Source of the DNA: a virus
Taxonomy: Duplodnaviria > Caudoviricetes
DNA: 39,536 bases
Virus record (IMG/VR): IMGVR_UViG_3300048886_000261
Location: 1-39,536 of that record
Reading direction: 5' to 3' (one strand)
The translations under genes were made by a program, and so were the position numbers. The notes beneath the pieces are model-generated. The model worked only from the letters and a program-made list of their open reading frames with translations, was not told where the DNA came from and made no database searches. Positions 9,138-20,143 of the stretch are shown here, piece after piece. The stretch's first letter is position 1, and each line of letters opens with the position of its first letter.

Positions 9138-9619
9138 TGAAGTGGGATGAACTACCAGTTGTTCAGATGACAGCTCTTGATTGTGCTTTCGTATGTACAA
9201 ACATGAGGGATGCAGACTACTCAGAAACATCTGCATTAACTAATGATAAGACAAGAGATGCTATGGCTAAGTCAATCATGAATCAAGGTGGCGAGTCTTA
9301 CACAATATTAAATAGTAAGAAGGAACCAGTATTAATAGGTGGTGCTTATTATGAGAACCCAAAGGTGGCAACCATCTGGTTATTCGCAACTAATAAAATA
9401 ACAAATAGAGACTGGTGGGTAACAACACAGTTTATTACAGGGTTGATAGATAGAATGTTTGAGAATGGAATGGCACACAGGATACAGGCGTTGTCTATTG
9501 GTTGGAGACATGTAGCACATAAGTGGTTACAAAGATTTGGTTTAAGTAAGGAAGCTCATCTTAAGCATATTGCTGAGGATGGCTCAGACGTTTTAATCTT
9601 TAGTAAAGTAAAGGAGTAA
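9134..9619 (+). CDS. T7 gp13-like GNAT-fold virion assembly protein
   Basis: NMRDADYSE, ATIWLFAT, AHKWLQRFGL; lies directly before the ejection proteins. Confidence 0.7.
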   Translation: MMKWDELPVVQMTALDCAFVCTNMRDADYSETSALTNDKTRDAMAKSIMNQGGESYTILNSKKEPVLIGGAYYENPKVATIWLFATNKITNRDWWVTTQFITGLIDRMFENGMAHRIQALSIGWRHVAHKWLQRFGLSKEAHLKHIAEDGSDVLIFSKVKE

Positions 9620-9622
9620 GTT

Positions 9623-10360
9623 ATGGGTAAAGGTAAATCAGCACCAGCACCGCCACCTCAGCCAAGCCCAGAGGAGATAGCACGGGCCCAAATGAAGGTG
9701 CAAGAGGAAGCAAGACTAAAAAGAGAAGCAGGGTGGGCAAGTGACGCTAGTCAATTTGCGGCAGCTAATCCCATTACTGAAGACTGGAGAGCTGACATAT
9801 TAGGACGTTCACAAGCAGCAGGAGAAAAACAGGTAGGTATGTTAGGTCAACAGTTAGGTACAACGTTTCAGGATATAAGACAACAGCAAGCTGGTAGAGG
9901 TCTTGGATCATCAGCAGGAAGGTATGATCAGGCAAGTGAAGCACAAGGTTTAGGACAAGCAAGCAGGGCAGATATCATGGCTGGTGCAACTCAGCGTGCT
10001 GAAACATTTGGAAGAGATAGACAGGGATTCTTGGATACCGCAACTAGAAATATTAGAGGTGGTCAATCTGTTGAATCTGCTACTGCACAATATAAAACTG
10101 ATCTTGCTGACGCTAATGCTGCATTTGAGAGACAGCTACGTGAAGCACCCAGTATGGATCAACGTAACCAAGCATATAAAGACTTTGAGCTTGGACGTGG
10201 TGTAGCATCTCAAAGATTCAGCGATGCAATGGCTTCATTAGAGTCTGATGCATTGATGGCTAGTGCCGCTACGTTTGGACAAACACGTGGTGATAAGAGA
10301 TTAGAACAAGGACAAACATTATTTGGCGGTGGTGGTGGACAATCCACTCCACTAGGTTAG
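9623..10360 (+). CDS. Putative internal virion / DNA ejection protein
   Basis: MGKGKSAPAPPP N-terminus, Q/A/G-rich helical, no Cys; AAGGAG RBS. Confidence 0.7.
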   Translation: MGKGKSAPAPPPQPSPEEIARAQMKVQEEARLKREAGWASDASQFAAANPITEDWRADILGRSQAAGEKQVGMLGQQLGTTFQDIRQQQAGRGLGSSAGRYDQASEAQGLGQASRADIMAGATQRAETFGRDRQGFLDTATRNIRGGQSVESATAQYKTDLADANAAFERQLREAPSMDQRNQAYKDFELGRGVASQRFSDAMASLESDALMASAATFGQTRGDKRLEQGQTLFGGGGGQSTPLG

Positions 10361-10369
10361 GAGGATACT

Positions 10370-11404
10370 ATGGGCGATGATTTTATGAGCATAGCTTTAC
10401 CAATGGTAATTGGTATAGGCTTCGGTTTTGCAGGCGGTGCGTTTGGTGGAATGGGTACTGCGTCTGCTCCTGCAACAAATATATTTGGTAATGCTGTCTC
10501 TGGTGCTAGTGGAGGGTTTTTGGCATCAACACCATTTAGTATGGGAGCTTCTATGCTTGGTGGTTTAGGTGCTAGTATGATGATGGCTCCACAACAACCA
10601 CAGATGCCTGACTATAGTTCTCAGTTCGGTCAACAGCAAGCCCAGTTAACACAGGAGCAATCCTATGGTAGGCGTGGTACTGCTGAGTTAGAGGGTATCT
10701 TACTAACAGGCAGTGAGTTTGAGAAGAACCAAGCGTTTGATGAGTTAAGTAGACGTGGTGAAGATCAAAATAAATTACTTGAGATGTCAGGACGTAGTAC
10801 ACGTAGTGCCGAAGACCAAGCTAAACTGGATCAGTTTGTGGAAGAAAATAAACCACCAACAGATACTGAGATGGAACTCATGGCGGCTCAGATTCAAGCT
10901 GAACGTCAAGATTCTTTCAATAGAGATATGGAAGCAGAACGCACACGGTTGAAACAGATCAGTGCATCCAGAGGAACTCTTGATAGTAGTCGTAACCGTG
11001 AAATGAATCTCAGACTTGCTGAAATAGGTGCGGCAAACAAGGCAGATCTAGGAAGATCATCTAGAGCAGAAGCAGTTGAATTCCAGAAAGGAATACAAGA
11101 CATAGGAACACAGGGATACAACAGATTGTTGCAAGGTGCAGGATTTGCTGAAACCCAGAATAGATACGACATAGAGCTTTCCGAAGCAGAACGAAGATAC
11201 CAAGAAGGATTACGTAGAGCCAAGACTGATGACCAACGTAGTTTGGAATTCCAGAAATTCCAAGCAGACATGGATCGTCAGTTAGCTGTATACAATCAAC
11301 AGAACGAAACCTCAAGAGCCAGAGCGGCACAGATGGCAGGATTGGCAGAGATTCCTCTGAAGAAAGTATTTGGTGCTTACGAATATAATCCAGTCAAACA
11401 GTAA
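10370..11404 (+). CDS. Putative internal virion / pilot protein
   Basis: Gly-rich hydrophobic N-terminus then Q/E/R coiled coil; AGGAGG RBS. Confidence 0.7.
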   Translation: MGDDFMSIALPMVIGIGFGFAGGAFGGMGTASAPATNIFGNAVSGASGGFLASTPFSMGASMLGGLGASMMMAPQQPQMPDYSSQFGQQQAQLTQEQSYGRRGTAELEGILLTGSEFEKNQAFDELSRRGEDQNKLLEMSGRSTRSAEDQAKLDQFVEENKPPTDTEMELMAAQIQAERQDSFNRDMEAERTRLKQISASRGTLDSSRNREMNLRLAEIGAANKADLGRSSRAEAVEFQKGIQDIGTQGYNRLLQGAGFAETQNRYDIELSEAERRYQEGLRRAKTDDQRSLEFQKFQADMDRQLAVYNQQNETSRARAAQMAGLAEIPLKKVFGAYEYNPVKQ

Positions 11405-11424
11405 TAAATTAAAGGTGAAAAGAT

Positions 11425-14250
11425 ATGGCTAGTAACGCCCCACAAGGATTCACACCACAGCACGCTAAAGTTCTAAAGGCTGATGTAATACCTAAAGCTA
11501 CTATAGTTGGAGAATCTAAAAAACTATTTACTAATCCTTTTGATGACACTCCCTTCATACACCAACCTGTTAGTAACTACAGAACAGACGCTACCATAAA
11601 TTACGAGAGGTTAAAGGATAGAAACAAGAGAATAAGAAGTCTCATGGATCTTGATCCTCGTACTACGGAAGCCATGTTGCTGAACATAGCAGGTGCGTGG
11701 GAAGCAGGTCAAATACAGAAGCAGTTTAATGATATTAGAGGAGCTGCTATTAGGCAGGGAGAAGCAAAGGCAGAAAAGGAAAAGAAGGAAGCTCAAGAAA
11801 AAGTGTTTAAAGATAGCGTATCAAAAATTTACTCAGATAAAAAAGAATTAGCTGCTATCCATAAGCACCATCAAAGTGATCTTAAGAAATTTGCAGTCAA
11901 TAATGATATTGATGGGTTTGTCAAAGCAGTACAACCAACTATTAACCCAATCCGTAGACGTGGCACGATGTCTAAAAGGATTACAGGTTACTTCAAGGGT
12001 AAACCAAAAGGATTAGAGGGATATTTTCACGATCAATATGATGTAAATGATTTACATAGTCGAAAGTGGGAAGACACAACGGGCGAGGATGGTCAACCCA
12101 TAGAAGGTGCTAAGACTATACTCAATACAATCAGGAGAAATTTTGAACGCATACCAAGGGTTTTACCTCTTAAGGAATATGTTACTTTAGCTACAGCATA
12201 CGAAAAATACGAGAAACAACATCAAGAATTAATGGACGATGCAACTCTCCAGAACGCAAACCCAGAATTAATGAAGGCAATCCAGAAAAAAATGGAGAGG
12301 GTTGCTATAGTTCTGGCAACAGGACGAGAAGGTAAACTAGAAGAAATTCCACTTGTACCGCTTACTGGTGCTGAAAGTAAGGCATTAGAAGACAACCTTA
12401 ATAACGCTAAAAAAATACAATCAGAGCTTAAGGCACAAGAGGATGCTAATGCTTTTGATACACAAGGTACAGGTTCTGCATCAATTAAATCTCCAAAGCC
12501 AGCTAATACCCTTGGAGAAGCTGCTAAGAATTTTCTTTTTAATCAGCCAGAAGGAGCCACACAACCTCCCACCAAGAAAAAGTTATCTCCAAAAGTAAGA
12601 CAAGAAATAGATAGGGCTGAAAAGGCAAATCCTCTACGTAAAGATACAGGTGGAGCCATAGACAAGGTAGATGCTTTTGCTGGTGGGGTGTCAGGATCTT
12701 ATGTCTCTGACAAAATAGTAGACAAAGTATTAAAAGATGCAGAAGTTGAGCATCAAGATAAATTACAGAAATCAAAACAGATCAAGCCAACAAAGCCAAG
12801 TAAATTAGGTAAAACTGTTGGTGGTATTGTTGATCTTGTTCATGGAATAGATCCGTTACCTAAAGTTGATGAGCCACCAAAGCCAGAAGAAGAAAAATTA
12901 GAGTTAGGTGAGTGGACAGGTAAGCATACAAAAGAAGGACGAAAGATATACCCTACTAACAAGGGTTGGGAAGCTTCTGAATATACCATTGGTGTAAAAC
13001 ATCCACAGATAAACGGTGGTGAGTTAACTCACATACCAAGTATTTATGGTGGAAAGATTGTAGATCAAGCTACAGCAGAACAAAACATTATTGACAATGG
13101 TGGCAAAGATCCAGAGACTGGAAGGTATATTGGGCCGGGTGGTGATCCTGAAGCTAGGTCTAGAAGTATAGGAGAGCAAAAGAAATTATCCACACGGTTT
13201 GTGCCAACGGCTAAAGATAGGGTGATGGATCTTGTTATGCCAGCAGATGATGCATCGGTTGGCAAAGGTGTTGTCAAGTTGGCAGAAGAAGGTGATCCAA
13301 AAGCCAAGGCATTCATGGAGAAGTTGGAGAGAGATTACAACATAGTCCCACCATTAACAGGAGGAAAATACTATAAAGAGGATTCCATTGGTTACTTTGA
13401 AGGGATTGGCAAGGTATACAATTCTATCAGGAACAAGTATAATGAATGGAGAAAAGGTTATCAGGGAGAAGATAAGATAACAACAGCCGCACAAGCTGAA
13501 GCTGTACAAAAGAAAATAAGAGGGTTAACTGATGAACAGCGTAAGAACATTGATAGAACCAAGCGTCAACAGTCTATTGTTTCTGGTGAGTCTGACATTG
13601 ATACAGATAGGACTACTCCAAGGAATGCGTTTGGCTATGGGAAAGCACCTGCCAGTCCAGAGCAAATAAAATCTTCTTTTGAGTCTGCCTACAAGCAGAG
13701 TAAAACTCAATTCAAGAAGGATGCTGTTTGGGCTAACATCAAGACAGAGAATCCTCCACTAGATCCTAATGCTATAGGATTCAGACTTGAAGAAGATCCA
13801 AAGACAGGGAAGATGAGGAAGAAGACTACTAAGGAATCCCCTAATGGTATCCCTGTTTCTTATGGACTGGCACAGGTTCGCATGATAGCAGTCAAGGATG
13901 TTGTGAGAACTAATCCGAATTCAGTTATAGCAGGATTGTTTAAGGGGAAGAAGGATAGAGAAATAAAAGAGTTGTTGTTTGATCCCACCGTAAACATGAC
14001 AGTTTCTGCCATGTATCATGAGTTGCTCAGGAAACGATTCAGAAATAATAAACATACTAAAGGATTCAGTAATAAGGATTTTGAAGATCTGGTTGTAGCC
14101 TCTTACAACGCAGGCCCAACAGCAATATCAAAGATCATTGACAAGGCTATGGTCAAAAGATCTTCCATTAATATGAAGAGTCTGTATGTTTATCTCCCAC
14201 GTGAAACACAATTACATGTTGATAAATTCCGCATAAACAGAACAAAATAA
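11425..14250 (+). CDS. Internal virion protein with C-terminal lytic transglycosylase (SLT) domain
   Basis: IKTEN (catalytic Glu), YGLAQV, LFDPTVNM, ASYNAGP, RETQLHV motifs. Confidence 0.85.
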   Translation: MASNAPQGFTPQHAKVLKADVIPKATIVGESKKLFTNPFDDTPFIHQPVSNYRTDATINYERLKDRNKRIRSLMDLDPRTTEAMLLNIAGAWEAGQIQKQFNDIRGAAIRQGEAKAEKEKKEAQEKVFKDSVSKIYSDKKELAAIHKHHQSDLKKFAVNNDIDGFVKAVQPTINPIRRRGTMSKRITGYFKGKPKGLEGYFHDQYDVNDLHSRKWEDTTGEDGQPIEGAKTILNTIRRNFERIPRVLPLKEYVTLATAYEKYEKQHQELMDDATLQNANPELMKAIQKKMERVAIVLATGREGKLEEIPLVPLTGAESKALEDNLNNAKKIQSELKAQEDANAFDTQGTGSASIKSPKPANTLGEAAKNFLFNQPEGATQPPTKKKLSPKVRQEIDRAEKANPLRKDTGGAIDKVDAFAGGVSGSYVSDKIVDKVLKDAEVEHQDKLQKSKQIKPTKPSKLGKTVGGIVDLVHGIDPLPKVDEPPKPEEEKLELGEWTGKHTKEGRKIYPTNKGWEASEYTIGVKHPQINGGELTHIPSIYGGKIVDQATAEQNIIDNGGKDPETGRYIGPGGDPEARSRSIGEQKKLSTRFVPTAKDRVMDLVMPADDASVGKGVVKLAEEGDPKAKAFMEKLERDYNIVPPLTGGKYYKEDSIGYFEGIGKVYNSIRNKYNEWRKGYQGEDKITTAAQAEAVQKKIRGLTDEQRKNIDRTKRQQSIVSGESDIDTDRTTPRNAFGYGKAPASPEQIKSSFESAYKQSKTQFKKDAVWANIKTENPPLDPNAIGFRLEEDPKTGKMRKKTTKESPNGIPVSYGLAQVRMIAVKDVVRTNPNSVIAGLFKGKKDREIKELLFDPTVNMTVSAMYHELLRKRFRNNKHTKGFSNKDFEDLVVASYNAGPTAISKIIDKAMVKRSSINMKSLYVYLPRETQLHVDKFRINRTK

Positions 14251-14251
14251 C

Positions 14252-17200
14252 ATGACAACTCAAACAGATCCATTCAGATTTACTGAAGATGATTTGCTTC
14301 GGTTTGATCGATTAAATATTAATGCGAACTCATTACTTGAGCAAGGCTATGACCCTGAGATAATCTATCAGTATTCTGATGAGATAGAAGAAGAGAGTCA
14401 ACCTACCACCTACGAAGCACCATCACTCACACCTTCTTACGAAGCTCCATCACCACCTATATACGAAGCCCCACAAATTGAGACACAGGTACAACAGGAA
14501 GCTCCTGTTATGGGTGATGTTACGCCTGATACTAAGCTATCTGATCTTGGTAGTTTATTTATGGGATCATTCAACAAGGTATTATCTTATCCAGGATTTA
14601 TTGTTGAGAAGATTGGTGAGCAATCTGGCAATTCTAACATTACAGAATTAGGCAAGATGTTAAAGTCTGGAGCTGATGAAAATGCTAGATCTTATTTCAG
14701 CAGTCTTTCTGATCAGATGAAACGTGATCTGGAAATGGACTTCTTTACCTACGCTGATCCAGAATCTATCATACCTACAGGTACTGCCAAGGGTTTCTTT
14801 AACTTGAATAAGTGGTTGGGTACGGTAGCACAGGGTGCAGGCTCTACTGCTATTCCTTTAGGTACAGGTGCTGTTGCTACTAATGTATTAGGTAGAACAT
14901 TGTTGAAGGGTATGCCGGGATTAGCAGGTGCGTTAGGGTTTGGTGGAGCAGGAGCTACTATCGAAGGAGTTGGTTCAGCGAGAGATGTGCATGACACAAT
15001 ATTAGAGACTGACCTTGAGACTGTTTACAACTCACCAATGTTTGATGCATTCAGTCAAAAAATAAAACCAAATTATCCAGATGCTCAACCAGAACAAATA
15101 GCAATGTACACTCGTCAGATGATAGCAAATCACGCAAGTGTTGATGCAGGCAAAGTATCTGGAGCTATCATAGGAGCCACGTCCGTACCGTTTGGAACAT
15201 TACTTGGTAGATTAGGGATAGGAGGTGCAGGAGCTGCACGTCAGGGATTCGGTAAAGCATTCTTTAAGGGTCTTACTTACGAAGGCACACAAGAATTTGT
15301 TCAGGAATTCTCACAGCAGATCGTAAGCAACTATGGTGTATACGTATCAGGTGTACCAATATCACCTACCAAGGGTGCTTTTGAATCAGGCTTTGGTGGT
15401 TTTGCTGCAGGTGGCCCAATAGGATCAACCACAGCAGGCATTGCATCTGTATTACAAAAAGAACAACCAGATGTTACTCCACCTGATGATGGGGCTACTC
15501 CAGAAGAAAGATTAACTGCATTTGCTCAAAAAGTTAAACAAGAAGAAGAAGCAAAGGGACAGCAAACGCTTGTTACTCCTGCTACTGTAGCACCAGCGAT
15601 ACCAGTTCTTCAGCCTGATGTACCTGTAAGACAGGATGTTACTGACATTCTACAAGAAGGTGGATCTGAACTTACTACAGGTAGTCGTAGAACTGGAGGA
15701 AGAGTCTCACCAACAGAAGAACTCAAATGGATAGCACAAGAAGCTGACAAGATATCAAGACTGACACGTGAAGAGATAACAGAGGAAGATATTGCAGAGC
15801 TTAACATGTTGAGGAACTCACTTGGTCTCCCCACCTTTACCCTTGATCAGATTAAAGCAACGCTTGACTCTACTGAAATCGCTACCACACCACCATCTGA
15901 TGCACTACCTACAACAGTTGGAGCTGTTACTCCTGAACCAGATGATGAGACTAACCGATACTTTCCCGGACTAGATTTGGAGACTGGAGAAGATGTCACT
16001 GATGAAGTAGCTGATGAGGTAAATGATGGTGGTTATCAATACGAGTATGATAATCTCGATGGTATTTTCTGGAGAGGAGAAGGAATAGGTGGAACAGGTG
16101 TCGGTGGTGGAATGCTTGGTAAAGGATTTTACCTTGGGCAGAACAAAGAATATGCTGAGTGGTATCAAAAACAACATGGAAAATCTGGAGAACTTAATAG
16201 ATATAAAGTTAAACCCGGACTTAAAATTCTTAGTTATTTGAGTAGTGAAGTAAGAAGTATAAATAATGCGTTTGAAGAAAAGTATAATGTGTCAATGGTT
16301 CCACCTCCAGTAAACGATCCTAGATATGTTGACTTCCTAACCAAAGAAGTTAAAGCGTTGGGTTATGATGGTGTCTTTAGTTCACACCCACGAGAAGGAC
16401 TTGTTATATTTGATAAGAAAAATGTTGAGCGTGTTGTTGCTTCTACTGGTAAGGCAATTGAGTCCGTAGAAAAAGTACATCCTGAAGGATGGGATAGATA
16501 CGAAGAATTAATAAGCAAAGACTTCTATAAGAAAACAAGAGACTTAAAAACTAAACGAATAGTAGCTAACATAGAAGAGGAAATAGAAAATGATCCAGAG
16601 TTGTCTCGTATAAGAAAATACATAAGTGTAGAAAAAGAACCGAGTGTGCGTAAAGATCTTAAAGAGATTTTGGATATTCATACTCGTATGCTAAGAGCTA
16701 ACATACAACTAAAGCCAGTAACCGCAAAAGAACTGAAGGATTATATAAATGGTAATATAGAAGCAACTCCTGAGTTAGTTGAACGCATACGTGAAACAAA
16801 TCTTAATGATGTTGATGCCAAGGATTTCACGAAAAAAGAATTAGGGGCTATACTTGATAAGATGCACGATGACACAAAAGTTTTTGATAAAGCTGAAGAA
16901 ACTGATACTACTCCTCCTATTGATTTAGGGAGATCAGTGTCTAGCGAAGGGGTAGTTCGTATTCATGATAGTCGTGCTTATGGTATGCCAGATCACTACA
17001 TGCCATACACTAAAGAGGAGAAAGAGGCGAAAGGGTTTGACAAGTCTGATGAAAATTGGGGGACTAAGGGTGCATTAAAAGAAGAGTACCCATTCTGGAA
17101 TCATCCAGAAAATAAAGAAAAAAACATTGAGAAGTTATTCGACAAGTTTGTTGAGGCTGATGGCAAGGATAGATACGCAGTCAAAGCTGAGATAGATAAA

Positions 17201-20143
17201 GCATTAGGTCGTAAATCAGAAAGTTATGATGAAGCAAGGACTAGACTAAATCTGCCACCAGACACTGAAGAGGTAGCTCCTAAAGAAAAAGAAATATCCC
17301 CTGAAGCTGAGAAGATATTTGAGAGACTGGAAGAAGAACGACTGACTGACTATGAGACGTTCAGCCAGAGTTCAATAACAGTAGAAGAATACAAAGATGG
17401 CAGGTTCTCTGTCAGTGGTCTAGAACCAAAGTTTCTTATAAAGAATTTCTCCAAGGAGCAGGCAGATAATTTTGTTGCAAAGTTGAGAGATAATCCCGGA
17501 GAAACATTGAGAGTAATACAAGGATACGCACGCCTAGCTAAAGTACCTGTTGAGAATAAGGAAACTGTAACAGCGGTTGAGAAGAAGGTTGAGAATATAA
17601 AGAAGGAGGACAAGGCAGAGGACTTAAAGACTGCAAAGGAATTATCAGAGGCGTTACGTGCCAATGCTGTTATAGCATCTAATGCTAAGAGTATAGGTAA
17701 AGCAAAAACATCTCTTAAGGAAGTACAAAGGTTATCTAAGAAGTTAGGCAATTCAAGCTTACCTACTGAATTCTTACTTGAGAAAGCTAGGGAGCAGTTA
17801 AAGGAGGTAGAACAAGTCCCATTTGCACAAAGAGATTTCAAGAAGGTTGCGTTCTACAAATCTCACATCCAAGCATTAGAAGATATTCTGAATAATGTTC
17901 TCAGGTACAAGGATGCAAAAGCTGTAAAACAAGTTGCCACCATATTGAAGCGTCAACTAAAGGACATGAAGGAAACAGGCTATGAAGTTGAACGAGGCGT
18001 AGATCTATCTGGTAACGTAGGTAACCTTGTAAGAATACTTGAGTTTACGAAGATGCATGTAAAGGCTCCTGTCACAAAAGAAAATCCAGAAGGTGTCGTT
18101 ACGTTATCTGGAGCAGAACTGTTGCGTAGTCTTAACGTAGTTTCATCAATGAAGAAAACAACAATACCCAAGGGAACACAAGTAACTAAGCTTGATACTG
18201 GAGAAATACGCAGACGAGTAAAGACATTTGACAACGCAAACAGTGCATTGCATAGACGGTGGAATGAAGCTATAGAAAAAAATGATCAGTATGTCAAGAG
18301 TGGTAAGGATAAAGATGGCAAACCATTTACAGATGAAGATGGCATCAAGGCGATACAGGACATAGACAGAACTTCTATTGCGGAACAGAATCAATTAATA
18401 GAGGATTACATTAATGATGGTAAAGAGATGGGATTTAATGCGTTAGAGTTTTTCCCTACCGTTGAAGAACAATCAAGCGAAAATAAACTTGAGAAAGCTC
18501 GTAGGAGAATAGCTACTGCATTAGATAAGTTTACAACAGCAGCAGGTGGTGTCGAAACAGTGTTCGATAAGAAACAGAGATCTAAAAAAGCACGCCAAGA
18601 GGCTGTTGAGAAAGAAGTGTTATATCAGATGCCTGAACGTTTATTGTCTGGTGAAGTTATCATACATCAGTACCATCCAACCAAGGCAGGAGAAACAATA
18701 GTTAGACCCGGTTGGCTTGGCCCACTAAAGAAGAAAGTTCTGCCTGCACAAAAGGGAATTAAAAAACCAAAAGGTGTGCCTGTTACATCTTATACTGCTA
18801 CTCGTAAATCATTACCACAACCTCCATTGCTTGATGAAGCATTCTGGAGATCCTACATGGGCAGTGCTTTTGATAATAAAATGTATGAGTCGTATCGTAA
18901 GGGGAAAGTATCTAAAGCCACATTGAGTTTATGGGAGAACGCTAGGATTGATGGTCGTGTTCTTGAGTTATCTCCAGACATAACAGTTGTTACTTCAAGT
19001 GACCTTGAAACAACTAAGGCAATGAATGCTGCATCAGAACGTATAAAAAAAATACAAGAAACGGATGTTAATAAGTATGATTTGATGGAACGTACTGGTA
19101 AAGAGGGGCAGGCAGCAAGACAGGAATACTATGGGATGGAAGCACAAAGACAAGCTGACACAGGTGAGATCCCTATCAATCCTTCTACTGGCAGACCATA
19201 TAATTCTGTAGAAGAACAAGAGTGGGTGGAAAAAAGCAAGCCAACTGTAACAAGAGTTAAACAGCCTAAGAAAAAGAAAGTTGCTAAGGTAAGGTTAAAA
19301 CTGCGTGATGCAGCATTGTTATTTTCTAGGCGTAAGGTTAAAGATGGCGAAGAAGGTTCCTCCAATGCAAACAATACATACAACACTGGAAGGAATAATG
19401 TTGCCTACCATCACGAGAAAGATGGCAAGGATGACATTATCAGGATGGTATTCAAGGATGGATCTGATCATGGAAGACCGATTGCTTACCTGCATATAGA
19501 GAAAGGTGTACTCACAAAGACAACCAAGGTAGCTAGTGCCTTAAAAGATCTTGAGATATCAAACGATGCATTAAACACAAACATTGGTATTGTCATGGGC
19601 ATTGTTATCGAACAAAGATCACGTAATGCAGGGAAGAACTTGTTTGATGAAGTCACACAGCTTGATGGATTCATACCAAAACAAAAGGCTGAGGTTGATA
19701 GATTTCGTACCATGTTAATCGAAGGAGAAATATCAAAAGCTATCGTTGAGAAGACTATGGAAGATAGACCTATGTTCCAAGAGATGAAAAGAAAAATAGA
19801 TGAATTGAAGGAGCATGAAAAACTTACAGGTATGCATTATGCTAATCTTCCTGCTGACAGAATAGAAGCTGCCCATCAAACTGTATTACAATCACAAAAA
19901 GAACACAGTGATAAGGTAGTAGAGAAGGCTATGGAAGGTGTTTATGAAATTGTTGGAGCTAAGTCAACAGAGGAAACAAAATTAGCACCTAAGAAGAAAG
20001 CACTGTCAGAAACAACAGAGGTGCAAAGCAAAGGAAAACAAATTCTTGGTACTGATAAGTCTGGTGCAGAGCAACAGGCAAACATGGAAACTGAGTCTGG
20101 AAAAGAGAGTGGTTTAACAGATGAAACATTGAGGTGTGACTAG
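14252..20143 (+). CDS. Large internal virion / polyvalent ejection protein with ADP-ribosyltransferase-like domain
   Basis: 1963 aa; Gly/Ala-rich membrane-active region with EGTQEFVQE; WRG...GKGFYL...AEWY...GYDGV...E-x-LVIFD domain. Confidence 0.75.
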   Translation: MTTQTDPFRFTEDDLLRFDRLNINANSLLEQGYDPEIIYQYSDEIEEESQPTTYEAPSLTPSYEAPSPPIYEAPQIETQVQQEAPVMGDVTPDTKLSDLGSLFMGSFNKVLSYPGFIVEKIGEQSGNSNITELGKMLKSGADENARSYFSSLSDQMKRDLEMDFFTYADPESIIPTGTAKGFFNLNKWLGTVAQGAGSTAIPLGTGAVATNVLGRTLLKGMPGLAGALGFGGAGATIEGVGSARDVHDTILETDLETVYNSPMFDAFSQKIKPNYPDAQPEQIAMYTRQMIANHASVDAGKVSGAIIGATSVPFGTLLGRLGIGGAGAARQGFGKAFFKGLTYEGTQEFVQEFSQQIVSNYGVYVSGVPISPTKGAFESGFGGFAAGGPIGSTTAGIASVLQKEQPDVTPPDDGATPEERLTAFAQKVKQEEEAKGQQTLVTPATVAPAIPVLQPDVPVRQDVTDILQEGGSELTTGSRRTGGRVSPTEELKWIAQEADKISRLTREEITEEDIAELNMLRNSLGLPTFTLDQIKATLDSTEIATTPPSDALPTTVGAVTPEPDDETNRYFPGLDLETGEDVTDEVADEVNDGGYQYEYDNLDGIFWRGEGIGGTGVGGGMLGKGFYLGQNKEYAEWYQKQHGKSGELNRYKVKPGLKILSYLSSEVRSINNAFEEKYNVSMVPPPVNDPRYVDFLTKEVKALGYDGVFSSHPREGLVIFDKKNVERVVASTGKAIESVEKVHPEGWDRYEELISKDFYKKTRDLKTKRIVANIEEEIENDPELSRIRKYISVEKEPSVRKDLKEILDIHTRMLRANIQLKPVTAKELKDYINGNIEATPELVERIRETNLNDVDAKDFTKKELGAILDKMHDDTKVFDKAEETDTTPPIDLGRSVSSEGVVRIHDSRAYGMPDHYMPYTKEEKEAKGFDKSDENWGTKGALKEEYPFWNHPENKEKNIEKLFDKFVEADGKDRYAVKAEIDKALGRKSESYDEARTRLNLPPDTEEVAPKEKEISPEAEKIFERLEEERLTDYETFSQSSITVEEYKDGRFSVSGLEPKFLIKNFSKEQADNFVAKLRDNPGETLRVIQGYARLAKVPVENKETVTAVEKKVENIKKEDKAEDLKTAKELSEALRANAVIASNAKSIGKAKTSLKEVQRLSKKLGNSSLPTEFLLEKAREQLKEVEQVPFAQRDFKKVAFYKSHIQALEDILNNVLRYKDAKAVKQVATILKRQLKDMKETGYEVERGVDLSGNVGNLVRILEFTKMHVKAPVTKENPEGVVTLSGAELLRSLNVVSSMKKTTIPKGTQVTKLDTGEIRRRVKTFDNANSALHRRWNEAIEKNDQYVKSGKDKDGKPFTDEDGIKAIQDIDRTSIAEQNQLIEDYINDGKEMGFNALEFFPTVEEQSSENKLEKARRRIATALDKFTTAAGGVETVFDKKQRSKKARQEAVEKEVLYQMPERLLSGEVIIHQYHPTKAGETIVRPGWLGPLKKKVLPAQKGIKKPKGVPVTSYTATRKSLPQPPLLDEAFWRSYMGSAFDNKMYESYRKGKVSKATLSLWENARIDGRVLELSPDITVVTSSDLETTKAMNAASERIKKIQETDVNKYDLMERTGKEGQAARQEYYGMEAQRQADTGEIPINPSTGRPYNSVEEQEWVEKSKPTVTRVKQPKKKKVAKVRLKLRDAALLFSRRKVKDGEEGSSNANNTYNTGRNNVAYHHEKDGKDDIIRMVFKDGSDHGRPIAYLHIEKGVLTKTTKVASALKDLEISNDALNTNIGIVMGIVIEQRSRNAGKNLFDEVTQLDGFIPKQKAEVDRFRTMLIEGEISKAIVEKTMEDRPMFQEMKRKIDELKEHEKLTGMHYANLPADRIEAAHQTVLQSQKEHSDKVVEKAMEGVYEIVGAKSTEETKLAPKKKALSETTEVQSKGKQILGTDKSGAEQQANMETESGKESGLTDETLRCD

